A stretch of 64,000 nucleotides of DNA from the human T2T-CHM13v2.0 reference genome, Homo sapiens. This document shows positions 22,746 to 38,250 of this stretch, one piece after another; positions within the stretch are counted from its first letter, which is position 1, and each line of letters begins with the position of its first letter. Location of the stretch: assembly GCF_009914755.1 (NCBI RefSeq), contig NC_060928.1. One strand, 5' to 3'. The position numbers and the translations under genes are program-made. Below the pieces are notes generated by a model that saw only the letters and a list, made by a program, of their open reading frames with translations, was not told where the DNA came from and ran no database searches.

Positions 22746-25700
22746 ATACCAAACCAGATAAAGTTAGTTGAAATTGTAAAAATATAGTTCAATATCACTT
22801 ATAAATCTACATGCAAAAATCCTAAATAAACCATAGCACACTTAACTTTTACTAAGAAATTAATAAGAATTTATGGCCCAAATATTTATCACTAGAGTAC
22901 AAGTATCACATTAAATATTAAATTCCCTTTGTAAAGATTCATATGTGTAGGAATATAAAAGAAAATAAAGGGAAGCAAGGAAAGTATGTGTCCTTTGGGG
23001 TATTGCTACATGTATTTGGTACTCTTTGTGTTTTAGGACATCTATTTTGGAAACTATTTTGTCAAGTGGAGTTCGCCTCAAGAATAAGATGAGGAACTGA
23101 TAAAATCTGTTTCCAACTTGTCTATTGGTTTCAATATCAAGGTGACATTTTCAGACAATTTCTCTTTTAATTTTATTCCTCCTAGAAAACCATTTTTCCA
23201 TTTTGTACTAAACATGGTCATCTTACTTTTAGTCTGTTCCACGTTGGGTCGTATATTTTACATACTTTGAAGTGCAAATTTTTTAAGTCTAAATTGTGTT
23301 CCTTTATTGCTGAATCAGAATTACTTACTACACTTTTGTGTTTTTATAATATACTGTTTTCCTCTACTACTTCTTTTATAAAATCTGCCCCATTGAGCTG
23401 GCATTATTATTTGGCTCCACCGCTAGATTGAAAGCTCTTTCAGGAGAGACTATGCATTATTCATGTTTTCATTCTGCAGAAACTTTCATAGCATATAGCT
23501 AATATTAAGTACCTGATGATGTTTATTAATTGAAAAGGACTATTGTTAATTGCCTCTTGGAATAGTAATGAAACTTGTAAATAAATATATGTCAGTGCCT
23601 ATCAAAGATATCACTCAATTTTGGGGTATCATTATTATAGTTAACATTGGATACTATATCCCTAAAATCTCACTCTCTGTATTTCCATAGCATGAGAGAA
23701 GCTCTGTGTAGATATTAAACATGAAGTAGAATGAAAATACAACTATAAATTACTGAAAGGCCTGTTTTACTTGGTGAATACAACAGAACTTGGACTGGAT
23801 TTTAGACATTTTCTGCCCATTTTACAAGAGCAGTCTTGGTGACTCCCACAGATTTTAGCACAATATCACACAGAGAAAATTACATCATTTCTACAAAAAT
23901 CTGGATAACTGGACAAGCCTCCTGAGTCATGATATGGCCATCCCAGGCATCCTCTGGAGGATGAAAGCATTTCCTAATCTCTCTAATATCTTAATGGACA
24001 TGTAAACCACTCCCAAAATATAAATGCTCCTAGGTTATGAAACTCTAATTCAAACTTGTCAAATATAATTTTTTTCTCTATTGTGTCATAAAATTTTCAA
24101 AAGCTTCAGGGCTTGAACAGTAAATATATTGTTTTCCTTACTGACTAGCTTGATGGAGATTTTGACAAATGTATGCTGGTTTTGAAAGAACTTGTGGGGT
24201 CCTGCTTATCACCGTGTCCATTATTGGTTTGATTTCATTATATATAGTTAGGGCAAAATAATTTGTATCCCACTTAAGAAGCTCCTGAAAACAAACACAT
24301 GAAAAAGAGTACAAATTCTGTATTATATATCTCAAAATGGAAAATAATTTGTTTAAATGAAATCAAGCCAATATCACTAACTGATCCATCTTTACCCCCT
24401 AAAGCTGCATGAAATGACTGCTATGCATGTATATAATCATTAAAATGTGTTGACAGAAATTTAGTTGTTATCCATGGATATTGTCAAGAACTATTCAAAA
24501 TAGAAATCAAAATCAAATCCGCTAGACATAGTTTTATATGTTATAATATTATAATTTTGCAGTATCTGGATAAGAAGCTAGTATATGTGTGTTTCTTTCT
24601 TAGATGTGAACAAGGTTAAGGATCACAGCCTCTTGGGTTTCTCAGCTTTTCTCTCCTAATAGATCAATGACATACTGATGTAACCCAACATTTCTTTGGT
24701 CTTTTGTACCAAACTGATAATATTATGGTATATTCAGTTTCACTGTATCATACTCTCTTTTATTCTAAGCATGTCAATTGTTTAAGTTATATTTAAAGTA
24801 TTAAACATGCATATGATTAAGAGACAGAGACCTATGCCAAAAAATGTGTTCATAATCTAATTTTATATGTTTTTTTCTTGTCATTTAGGAAAAAATATAT
24901 GTTTTTCCAAAAAAAAGATCTGGCTGGGAATCAGTGAAACTCCTAGCCAGCATGTAACTATAGTCATAGCTTCTGAAGTTTCACATTGCATTATCAATAA
25001 CTTTCTCTTTCCTACTTAAATTTAGATGCAAACAAAAATATTTTGAGAATTAATGTTGAAATACTTATCACAGCCATAGTGCTGCGCCGGTAGTTAGTGC
25101 TACTAAATATTTGCTAAATGAATGCATTATTAAGTTATTTTTTACCTTAATATGAGAAATTGAGAGTTTCAGACATTTTTAGTGCTATAATTGGGCAAAA
25201 ATTAAATGGAAAAATATTTTCAATGAAAGAAACAAAGTATATGTCAATCATGTAGATGACACTGTTCAACTGAACAATTGTGAATTCATGAGATGTGTGT
25301 ATGTGTGGTGTGGCAATATGTGATCAAAAGACAATTTGGACGATACATTGCTCTTGAGAAACTAGTAGGAAAAAAAAAATAAACCGATAATTTCAACATG
25401 GCATTAATCTTAAGGGAATGTAATATACAACAACCCTGGAAAGTGGAGACAGATATAAATGTAAGATGACGATTCGAGGAAAGCATTCTAGCACAATTAA
25501 TCGAAAACTTGAATGATAATGGATGGCACAAAAATTTGATATGAATACTTTAGACTGGAAAATGTTAGAAGCAAAATGTTAGTAATAATGATGATGATAA
25601 GAAATTAAAACTAATAATATGAAAACCTAATTTAGATCTTATTATTTTAGGGTTTTCCATGCTTTTTTATATGGTTAATCTGCACATTGTAGTTACTATT

Positions 25701-25766
25701 ATAATCACCTTCATTTTACCATAGAAGAAGGTCGAGGCAAAAGGAAGTCCTCTAAATTGCACAAGT

Positions 25767-26125
25767 TGCAATGATCTGAATATTTATGTCTCCCACTCCC
25801 CTAATTTATGTGTTGAATTTTTAACCACCAAGATTATAGTATTAGGAGGTGAGGCCTTTGAGAGTTTATTAGTTATGAGGTAAAGTCCTCATGAAGAGGA
25901 TTAGTACATTTATAAAAGGGGCCCAAACAGATCCCTCACCCCTTCCATTATATAAAACACAAGAAGTTGTTGACTAGGAACCAGAAAATAGGCCCTCACA
26001 AGACATCAAATCTTAGCTTGATCTTAGACTTCTGAGCCTCCAGAAATGGGAGAAATAAATTTCTGCTGTCTATAAGCTATTCAGTTTATAGTATTTTGTT
26101 AGAGCAGCCTGAATGGACTAAGACA
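25767..26125 (+). mobile_element. MLT1A0-like solo LTR inside a minus-strand MIR
   Basis: TGCAATGATCTGAAT...AATGGACTAAGACA; TSD CAAGT/CCAGT. Confidence 0.85.
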
Positions 26126-26254
26126 CCAGTATACACAATAATAAGTTGTGAGGCCAGGATGTGCATTCAGAAACTCTTGAAATACTACAGTTTATAAGGT
26201 AAACTTGAAGCAGTTGTATACTACCACTGTTTTGGTAATATATTTTTGTGAATA

Positions 26255-26460
26255 TCATTTTTACTGTGGTAAAATACACATCACATAAAATATACCATTT
26301 TAATCACTTTTAAGTGCACACTCGAGTGGAATTTAGTAGATTTACAATGTTATATAACCTTCACTAGTATCTAGTTTCAGAAGACTGTCATCACCCCAAA
26401 GGAAACCTCATACTCATTAAACTGTCATTCTCTTTTACTACCTTTTGACCATTTCTGTTT
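26255..26460 (-). mobile_element. L1MB-like 3' end
   Basis: TGTGGTAAAATACACATCACATAAAATATACCATTTTAATCACTTTTAAGTGCACA. Confidence 0.75.
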
Positions 26461-27580
26461 ATCTTTTTACATTTTGTCCCATTTTCTCATTAGGTTGTTT
26501 GGCTAACTCCTATTGGCTGTAGATGTGTTGGCAATAAACTTTACAACTTTTGTTTGTCTTCAGTGCTCTTATTTCATTTTTGTTCTTGACCATGTTTGAT
26601 TTCCATGCAAATCTAGGTAATGTTATTTGGAATATTATTTAAATATATTATTGGGACTGCTCAGTTCAAAGTTAGTTCCATTGAAGATCAATAAATACTT
26701 TATTTTCCTATTTATTTAACGTCTTCTCTTTATCTTTGATACTATGTAACTACATGATGATGATGGTAGGTATAAAGTTATAGTCATATATCCCACCTAT
26801 GATTCACAATGGTTACAGAATATGAGTAGTTTTTATATAATTCTATTCAGTATATCTTTTTATCTAACTTTTTTTTACTAGCTTCTTCTGGTTATCTCAG
26901 TAGATATATGTTAAAATTTTTCATTTCACTCTCACATCTCTCAACATCACTTATATTTTTACATCTCTGTTTCTCTGTACTGAATTGAGTAATTCTATTA
27001 AGATCTGTATTTCAGTTCACTCATGCTAACTTCATAATGCCTATTCTGCTATATATCTCATCTAAAGAGCTCTTTTTCCATTTCTAGAATTTTTATTTGG
27101 TTATTTTCCAAATCAGATTCAGCATTTTGATAGCCTTCTTTCTTTTGCATACTTGCACACCACCTATTGTTACTTAAACACATTATATTTGGTCTTTAAT
27201 ACTTACATCTGTTTCTGATTATTGTGTATTTATTCTCTTAACTTGCACACACAGTAGCTTGTTTCTTTGGCAATTTTCATTTTTAATGTTTATTTCTTCA
27301 CTATGGTACTTTATTATTCAGAGAACTTTGAAGGACTGTGATAACATCTGCTGCTATAAGGAGGTCTATGTTTACTTCTACGAAGTGTCCAACTTGATAA
27401 TACTCAGAAATTTAACATAAAGTCTGTGTGCTCTAGGTATTTTAGGTTCTGTAGGTAATGCGTTTTCCAGTCTAAAACTTGCTTCAGGCCAGACTGGAGA
27501 TTAGGTATTACCAAGGAGGATCTTGGTACTCCATTCCCTTATCTGTTAAGTCTGATTATTTTCTCCTTGTAGTTGGCAGT

Positions 27581-27624
27581 GTATGTGTGTGTGTGTGTGT
27601 GTGCGTGTGTGTGTGTGTGTGTGT
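27581..27624. repeat. (TG)n microsatellite, ~21 units
   Basis: seen directly, with two interruptions. Confidence 0.95.
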
Positions 27625-28669
27625 TGTGGGGGGGAGGGGCGTGCTATTTACTTCCCAGTTAGATATTTTATTGATTATTCATATTTTGGAATCATGGCTT
27701 TATATCGGGGCTCTTGGTTTTCTAACTTTTATTCTTATCAGCCTGTAGATTTTTTTTTTTGTACTTGTTGGATTAAAACCATATGCCTAAAAGCTCGTAG
27801 ACATGACATAGTTCCTCAGGGCAACTGACTCTTCTTTGGGAGCTTTCTTCTTGGAATTCCTGCTTTATTCAATATATTTTGTTTTATCTTTATGTTTTTA
27901 AACTTTTTTGCTAAAACTATGCAATTAAAGATTTTAAAAAATATCCAGCATATTGAGGTATGCTGCAGGGAGATTTCAGAATATTCAGTGTGTCTTATTG
28001 CTAAAGATGGAAGTTCTGCCATATTCCTTCATTTTAATTACAAAGAATACTGTACCAATAACTGGGGTCATAGAAGGAGATTTGATAATCCTGATGTGAA
28101 TCCTTAACAAGCATTCAGCATCTCAGATTTCATTTTTTTCTGGTTAAAATTGATGACATTGATTTATTTTATAATCAGCAAGTAATAAACATTTAAAATT
28201 ACAAATAAAATCATAGCAATAAAACTATAAGCATTTCCCATTCAATTATTAAAAAGGAATAATTTCCAGATAATCTCCAGATGCTTTCCCTGAGTGTAAA
28301 TCCCTCTAGGGAATTAGGCCATTCCTGTCTTTTCCTAATAGCACAGGCATTTTCTACAATTTGCTGTTCTCTATTTCTTTGGCTCCAACCCAGACTCACC
28401 TTCTTTGCCTACCACTTTCAATTTATGACTCATTCAGATTTATCCTTTTTAATTTGGCTGCTTCCCAAGTAACTGCCTTTTGGATCACATACCTTCTCAA
28501 CTTGCTCAACAGTTCTCAAAAACAAATTATGCTTTACTTCTTCATCTAGCTCCAAATTAATAGAAAACTCAATTTCTCTACTACCTTAAAACACGAGCCA
28601 TGGTGACTTTTTCTGCAGAGGAAGCTATTCAAATTATTATTTTTTTAATGCAGTTAATTTAAAGGAGAG

Positions 28670-28865
28670 GTAATTGTGGTTAGCATAGTAATTTTTTATC
28701 TGAATCATGCTAAACCTAAGAGGAGTGGATCCCTCTGCCATTAACTAATTAACTGTGTAACCTTGGGCAAGTCAAAATTTCTGCATCTGAAAAATGAGAA
28801 TGATATTACTTTAATGCTAGGATTGTGTTAACAGTTAAAAGTGAAAAGACGGTGGTTCACAGTGC
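28670..28865 (+). mobile_element. MIR
   Basis: CTGTGTAACCTTGGGCAAGTC...CATCTGAAAAATGAGAATGAT. Confidence 0.7.
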
Positions 28866-29277
28866 AGTGCCCTACACATATAGATATATACCCAAACATG
28901 CAATACCCATAAATATATGTAAATATGTTTGTATGTCTGGAAATATAGATTTAATATGCATATTAAATAAGTTATAAATATATTTATTAAAATTCTTTAT
29001 TTATAGAAATGCATATTTTAGAAAACAATGTAGAAAGTGTTAAAATATGTTAATGGAAACATAGTAAAGATGTGTAAGATAAAGATATAACACAGATTAT
29101 AATTAGAAAATATTATTTTGGATTTTTATAGGAGGAAAGTAGAAAGAATTTAATAATTTAACCTGCCTGAAACATGCTTTTTCTTCCTTCTTCCCACCCA
29201 AATTCCACATTTCAGTTAAGTAATTTTAGTAATTCCCATTCCAATTAATCTCTACCTTGTCTAAAAATAACATAGAT

Positions 29278-29310
29278 ATGTGTGTGTACGTGTGTGTGTG
29301 TGTGTGTGCG
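29278..29310. repeat. (TG)n microsatellite
   Basis: seen directly. Confidence 0.9.
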
Positions 29311-30235
29311 CCAAATTGCATTATTGTTTCATTTTCTATAGGTATCTACAGTTTTACACGAACTTGATAGTAATTCTCCTAAGGAAAATGGCAACAAAAC
29401 ATCATTCTGTATCTAGCTCAATATCTGGAACATAGTAGACATTCAATAATTGTGTAGGAATTATTGAATCTTGACTTTCCAAACTTACATATCTGAAAAG
29501 AAATAATTTTACCATAAGTTAAATTAAATGATTGGTAGATAGAGTCAATTATTATAGCAAATGAACGAGACAAGTAAAAATATAGCTTCTTTAAGGGATT
29601 ATTTTCAACATTCTATCACCATAAACCCCAAATCAACAGAAAAATCCATCACAGTGTGGTTTAATCTACTGTTCAAGAGGAAAAATGGTAATAAAAAGAA
29701 ATTGCGTCATGTGTAAATTTCACCATGCACGTTTCTAACACGAGGTATTCCAGAAAATAGGAGATAAAACACAGGGATGAAATGTGAAAGTGTGTTCACA
29801 GATGAGTTGTCGCTACAATTTTCCAGTCTTCATTAGTCCATGAATCTAGGCTTCTACCTCTCCCCCAGATAGTCTCAAAGTAAAGAGAAAGCTTAAGTAC
29901 TAAAGAAGTGGCATTTAAGGAGCTCTAGGGTTAAGAGAACTAGCAGCCACAGTGCTGCAAACAGTGTGTTAATTAGAAGTTTGTATACTTAAATTTGAGA
30001 TTATCAGTTCTTTTCTTCCACTTGGAGAATTTCATTTTCCAGGGATACTTCATGACACACTCAAAGAATTTGATGAGCAGCTGAAGAGAAAAATGCTACT
30101 GCAGCTTTCTAATTGGGATACCCACAATTAAAAGGGAAAAAGAAGGAAGGTCCCTTGTCACTTAATTACTTTACAAAAATGAATTTCCAACTTTAGCTTT
30201 TTATCAGAATCACCTGTAGGACTTTTTAAGACAGA

Positions 30236-30659
30236 CTGAAATAAGCCAGGCACAGAAAGACAAATAGCACATGGTCTTACTTATATGTGGAACCTAAAAA
30301 TATTGAACTCATAGAAGTAGAGAGCAGAACAATGTTTATCAGAGAGTGGGTTGGGAAGGGGGAAGAAGAGGATGCGAAGTTCTTGATCAAAAGGTACAAA
30401 GTTTGGATAGATAAGAGGAATAAGATTTGTGACATATTGTATAATAGAGGGACTATAATCTATAATAATATACTATATATTTCAAAATAACTAACAGGGT
30501 AAATTTCAAATATCTCATCATGAAAAATAGGTAAGCTAAGTAATGGATATGTTAATTCAATTGATTTAATCATTTCACATGTATAAATATATTAAAACCA
30601 CATTGTACCTCATGAATGCACACAGTTATTTATCAATTAAAATCAATATTAATAAAAAA
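30236..30659 (+). mobile_element. L1MA-like 3' end inserted in a MER5-like fragment
   Basis: GAAATAAGCCAGGCACAGAAAGACAAATA...GAACTCATAGAAGTAGAGAG; flanks TCAGAATCACCTG...|GATTGCTAGG rejoin as MER5A-like sequence. Confidence 0.8.
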
Positions 30660-32476
30660 GATTGCTAGGTATTTAAAGGATCTCATGAGTACAGAGACAA
30701 TTAGGTGAGAAAACAGGAAATTAACTCTAGAAAGAAAATAAAACCTATATGTAACAGAAAATACAACATATCTCTTGGTTAAACAAATAAGAATGCTACC
30801 ATATTCAGAATAATATGAGCACTATATATTTATTTGAATAAAGTATAATAATTTTGAGAGATGAAGATAAAATGTGCAAGCATTGGTTGTGAAAAATAAC
30901 TGAAAACCTCATTTGCTATCACTGAAAACAATATCGAAAATTAATAAATATTAAATAGTATATACACGGTATTGTTTAGAAATGTGCATTTTAGGACCAT
31001 GAAGAGAATATAAAACTGTTGAAAAAGAAAGTTGCTGGAACATGGCACTAGGGATAGAATGGTGATAAATCTAAGTACTTTGATAAATCTTTATATTTCT
31101 ACTTGATGTATAGCTATGTGCATGCATGTTTTTGATAAAAATGAAATCAATTTTGAATATATGTAACATAAATATACACTTTGATATTTATTTTACATAT
31201 ATAATCATGTACATTTTCTTTCTTTATGTATATTCTTGATATTCTAATGTTTAAAGTAACATATTTAATGTTAAATATGTAAATGTAAATTTCCGGAACG
31301 AATTGTTCTCTTTAATTTTATGGCATAAATGGATTTAGTATGAATGCTTTCTGAAAGTTCTTTCACCATTTTTTTGGTAGCTGCATAATGCTGAAAATAT
31401 GAAAACTTTAAAAGTCATTATATAAATATGCTGCAACTACTTTTTAAGATTACACCGTATAGTGACACGAATATTTCTAAAATGCTATATAATAGTTTCA
31501 TCCTTTAATTGCTAAGTGGGTTAGAAGTCAAAAGCAGGTAGCTTTGATTTTAGTCATGAGGCTGTAATTTAATGTAGAAAGTAAAAAAATACACTTCCGT
31601 ATTGTCTCCTCTGTTACCAGTTTACACATGCACACTCCTCCTCTACATTTTAAAAATTTTCTTTTTGGCGGATGGAATCCTCCAGTAGCATCCATAGAAT
31701 AAACTAATGAGTATAATTTTTTGAGGTTCTACGTGTTTTATACTTTAATTTTTCTCTCTAAAGTAAGTACTAATTTGGACAAAATTAAAATTCTTTACAA
31801 ACGTTCTATTGGAAATAAATATCTCAGAATGTTTTAAGTTCTCCCTGTGCTGTCTTCTAGGTTTCATTGTTGTTAATGAGATGTCCCAAACTATTTGGTT
31901 TCCTTATGGCTCTCCACCCACACTCACTGAGAACTGTATACTCTTATCTCTTCCTCTCTTTCTTTTACACCCTTTCCTTGTGTATGTGTGTGTGTATCTA
32001 TTTACGTTTTATACACCAACACACACACACATTTGGAACTTGTGCATCTTATCTAAGGGTTCCCATTTTATACCTTTTGTTCTCTTCTGAAGGATGCAAT
32101 ATATGAATTTCCCTCTAAGAATTTTAACTTAATTTATATCTATATACATTTGTATATATTAATTTTATTTTTCTCGTCTTTCTGTCCCCTTTGAATTTTT
32201 TTTTGTTCCATTTATTTTTTAAAGGCTTTCTTCTAATACTGGGTTAGTCTTTATGTTTTATTCATATTTAATATTTAGAAATCTAGCTGTTAAAAAGCTG
32301 ATTGGAATCATTCTGTGCACAGATGGAGCTTATAGTTATTGGATGAGAACTTGCCTTTTCATTTAGACATCTCATATTGTGACATTCTGTAATTTTTAAA
32401 GTAGTCAATCACTTTCTTTAGAGAGGAATGCTTCAAATGCCTATTTAGGAGCCTCAAGCCTGGTCACCACTGACCT

Positions 32477-33202
32477 TGTTACAGTAGGTAACAAGCTAGT
32501 CAGGTATGAGCACGGCAGGAGAGGGCTCCCTCCTGCTCCCATCAGGAACGTTAAATGATCATCAAGTGATGGTCAGGCAGGTATTACACTATTTCTATAA
32601 AATAATAATTGGTCGCAGCCACTGCCAGGGAAAGGCAGTCTCCCAATAAATACAAAAAACCTGAAACTGGTTACTGATTAGTAGTTTCCCAATAAGATCT
32701 CAAGATATGGGCGAGTGGGCTCAAGCATGCGCATTAAGAGGCAAAATGGCGGAGTTTAACTGTTACATGATCTAGAGACAATTGACCTGACCTGGAAGGC
32801 AAGAATGCCTCAAGGGAGCACGCATACAACTCCAGTAAACACACTGTGCTTGCTCCCTTCCCAAGTGCTAGCAGGCCACTGTGCATGTGGACAGCCCACC
32901 GCAAGAGAAGAATGAGGGGAGAAAGGGACACAAGACCCTTGTAGTATGCCAACATACTTAGTATGCCTTAAGTCAAAGGTCAACCCAGTCACTTGATCTC
33001 TCAAGCTGCCCACTTAGCCCTCTCTAAGTGTACTTTATTTCTTTTCATTCCTACTCTAAAGCTTCTAAATAAATTTTCACTTCCTTTTCTAAAACTTGCC
33101 TCGGTCTCTCCTTTTGCCCAATGCCCCTCAGATGAATCATTTCTTCTGAGGAGGCAAGAATTGAAGTTGCTGCAGATCCGTATGGATTTACCATTGGTAA
33201 CA
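32477..33202 (+). mobile_element. MER50 ERV1 solo LTR
   Basis: TGTTACAGTAGGTA...GGTAACA, 726 bp; GCATGCGCATTAAGAGGCAAAATGGCGG; perfect TSD ACCT (32473-32476 / 33203-33206). Confidence 0.88.
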
Positions 33203-33851
33203 ACCTCAGAGCCAAATTGGGCAAGTGCTCTAATTTTTTTGCTGTTCTAAATGGAAACTAACTGCCCTACTTTTGCCTCTTATCCTTATTCAGCATCCAC
33301 TGGGCTTTTTGTCTTTATTTCCACTTCTCTGGTTCAGTTTGTCCAAATCTTAAATCACTTGGCATCTGGGGTTGATTGCTGACTAAGATTTAGAGGAGAT
33401 GTGGGCACTTTTATTCATATGATGTTTCAACAGATTATCTTATTTTTAACCACAGTCCACATGGCAGGCTGCAGAGATATTCAGCTACAATTCTTCAGTT
33501 TTTTCTTTATACCTTGGTAAAATCTGTATGGTTTCCCCCTACTCCTCATCTCTGTGAGCCATTAGATTCAAATCTCTGTTTAAGTAAGATTCTGTTTATT
33601 TTCTCTAGTCTTCCAAAATTTATATGGCTTTTTTTTATGGATGATCAGTTTTATCTATAATTACTGTGTGGGTGTGCCTGTTTGTTTTAGCATGAGATAT
33701 TTATTTTATTTTATATGCTGTTTAAGGTTTTTTTGTGTGTGGAGGGATGGAGGATTTTCAGAAATAAACTCATATCAGGTCAATCAGAATGTACCCTGGG
33801 TGTTTATAACTTTTCCTAGTGAAAAGTAAAACTGCTTATTTTAAGTAATAT

Positions 33852-34413
33852 TGTCAAAGCTGTTTAAATCAGAGTGACTCCATCTTGAATAAGGACTGAG
33901 TGAAATGAGGCTGAGTCCTGCTGGTTGCATTCCCAGGAGTTCAGGCATTCTTAGTGACAGGATATTTATGGTTAAGGGAACAGGTTAATAATGTTTACCT
34001 AACAGACCCTTAACAGGCCCAGAAATGTCCTGATGTCCTCATATCTTAAGAACAAAGGCATTCTTAGTTTAAGAAAAAGTTTCACTTTAAAAATGATAAT
34101 ATAAATTGATGTGGAAGACAATAGTTACACAAAAGTTGATTCCTTGTCAGGAGCACTTGTAGTAGTAAAAATCTTCCCCATGATTTTTTGACTTTGTTGT
34201 CTTATACATAAACAAGCATCTTACCTAAGGTGGACATGTCTCTCCTCTTGATGTCAAGAATGCCCTGCTCTATGGAGTAGTCAGTATTTTATTCCTTTAC
34301 TTTCTTAATAAACTTGCTTTCACTGTATTCTGTGGATTCACCCAAAATTCTTTCTTGTGTAAGGTCCAAGAACCATCTCTTGGTGTCTGGATCAGGACCA
34401 CTTTTCAATAACA
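33852..34413 (+). mobile_element. MER41 (C/D-like) ERV1 solo LTR
   Basis: CAGAGTGACTCCATCTTGAATA start; CTTTCTTAATAAACTTGCTTTCAC and TCCAAGAACC...TAACA end; TSD ATAT/TTAT. Confidence 0.85.
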
Positions 34414-34884
34414 TTATTTATTTAGCAGATACCGTCTACCATGGTAATACATATTATGATCTATTCTACATAAGAAAACCACATAAAGCATGTTGGGTAC
34501 ATACATAATTGTTTAAAACAATACAACCCAAGTTAAAAATAATGTGAGAATGTTTTACTATAGTTTACCAAATTTAACAACACCAACAAAAAGAGGTAAA
34601 CTTGCTTCTTTATCAAACATGCCTGCAATTCAGAAGTTCAATATCATTAAATTTAGACAGTCATATCATTTTGAGATGCTCTCTCATGAGATCGACTTCT
34701 AGTGTGTTTATCCTCAACATAGTAGGTAAAATAATTATCAATTACTAATTTATTACTGTGATGATTAATTTCATGTGTTGACTGGACAGGACCACAGAAT
34801 ACCCAGATATTTAATCAAACATCATGCTGGGTGTTTTTGTGAGGATGTTTTAGAAGATATTAAAATTTAGATCAGTAGACTTAG

Positions 34885-35240
34885 TGTATTAGTCTGTTTT
34901 CACACTGTTATAAAGACACTACCTGAGACTGTAATTTATAAAGAAAAGAGGATTAATTGACTCATAGTTCCACATGGCTGGGGAGGCCTCATGTGTTACA
35001 TGGCAGAAGGCCAAGGGGAAGCAACTCATGTGTTACATTGTGGCCGGAGAGAGAGAGTAAGGGAGAAGTGTCACACTTTTAAATCACCAGATCTCATGAT
35101 AACTCACTCACTATCACAAAAACAACATGGGGGAAATCCACTCCAAAGATCCAATCACCTCCCATCAGGTCTTTCCCCTGACATGTGGGAATTACAATTT
35201 GACATGAGATTTGGGGGGGACACAAAGCCAAACCATAACA
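34885..35240 (-). mobile_element. MSTA/THE1D-like solo LTR
   Basis: TGTATTAGTCTG...AAACCATAACA; perfect TSD CTTAG (34880-34884 / 35241-35245). Confidence 0.88.
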
Positions 35241-35772
35241 CTTAGTAAAGGAGATTGCCTTCCCTAATGTGGGTGGTCCTCATTCAATTAGTTGAAGACC
35301 TAAACAGAACAAAATTATGACCTTTTTACTGTAAGATAGTTATTTTACCTGACTACCTTGGAATTGAAATATTATGTATTTTTTCTGGCCTTAAAATTCA
35401 AACTAAAATATCAGCTTTTCCTGGGTCTCGGCCTTCCAGCCTTCAGACACGAACTGCACCACCAGCTTTCTGGGATCTCTTGCTTGCTAATTTCCCTGTA
35501 CATCTTGAGACTTGTCAGCCTTTGTAATTGCATTAGCCTATTTCTTTTTTTTTTTTCTGTTTTTTTTTTTTTATTATACTTTAAGTTCTAGGGTACATGG
35601 GCACAACGTACAGGTTTGTTACATATGTATACATGTGCCATGTTGGTGTGCTGCACCCATTAACTCCTCATTTACATTACATTTCCTAATGCTATCCCTC
35701 CTCGCTCCCCACATCGCATGACAGGCCCCAGTGTGTGATGTTCCCCTTTCTGTGTCCAAGTGTTCTCATTGT

Positions 35773-38070
<2,298 letters not shown>

Positions 38071-38250
38071 CAAATGCTGAGAGATTTTGTCACCACCAGG
38101 CCTGCCTTACAAGAGCTCCTGAAGGAAGCACTAAACATGGAAAGGAGCAACCGGTACCAGCCACTGAAAAAATATGCCAAATTGTAAAGACCATCAATGC
38201 TAGGAAGAAACTGCATCAACCAACGAGCAAAATAGCCAGCTAACATCATT

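Larger units (their letters stand above)
15985..22900 (+). mobile_element. ancient L1M ORF2 remnant hosting MER52, AluJ, MLT1A0 and MLT1E/THE1
   Basis: Degenerate A-rich ORF2-like sequence; GCCATCATAACCTTGTTACC|AAACCAGATAAAG is rejoined across the MLT1E insertion. Confidence 0.55.
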
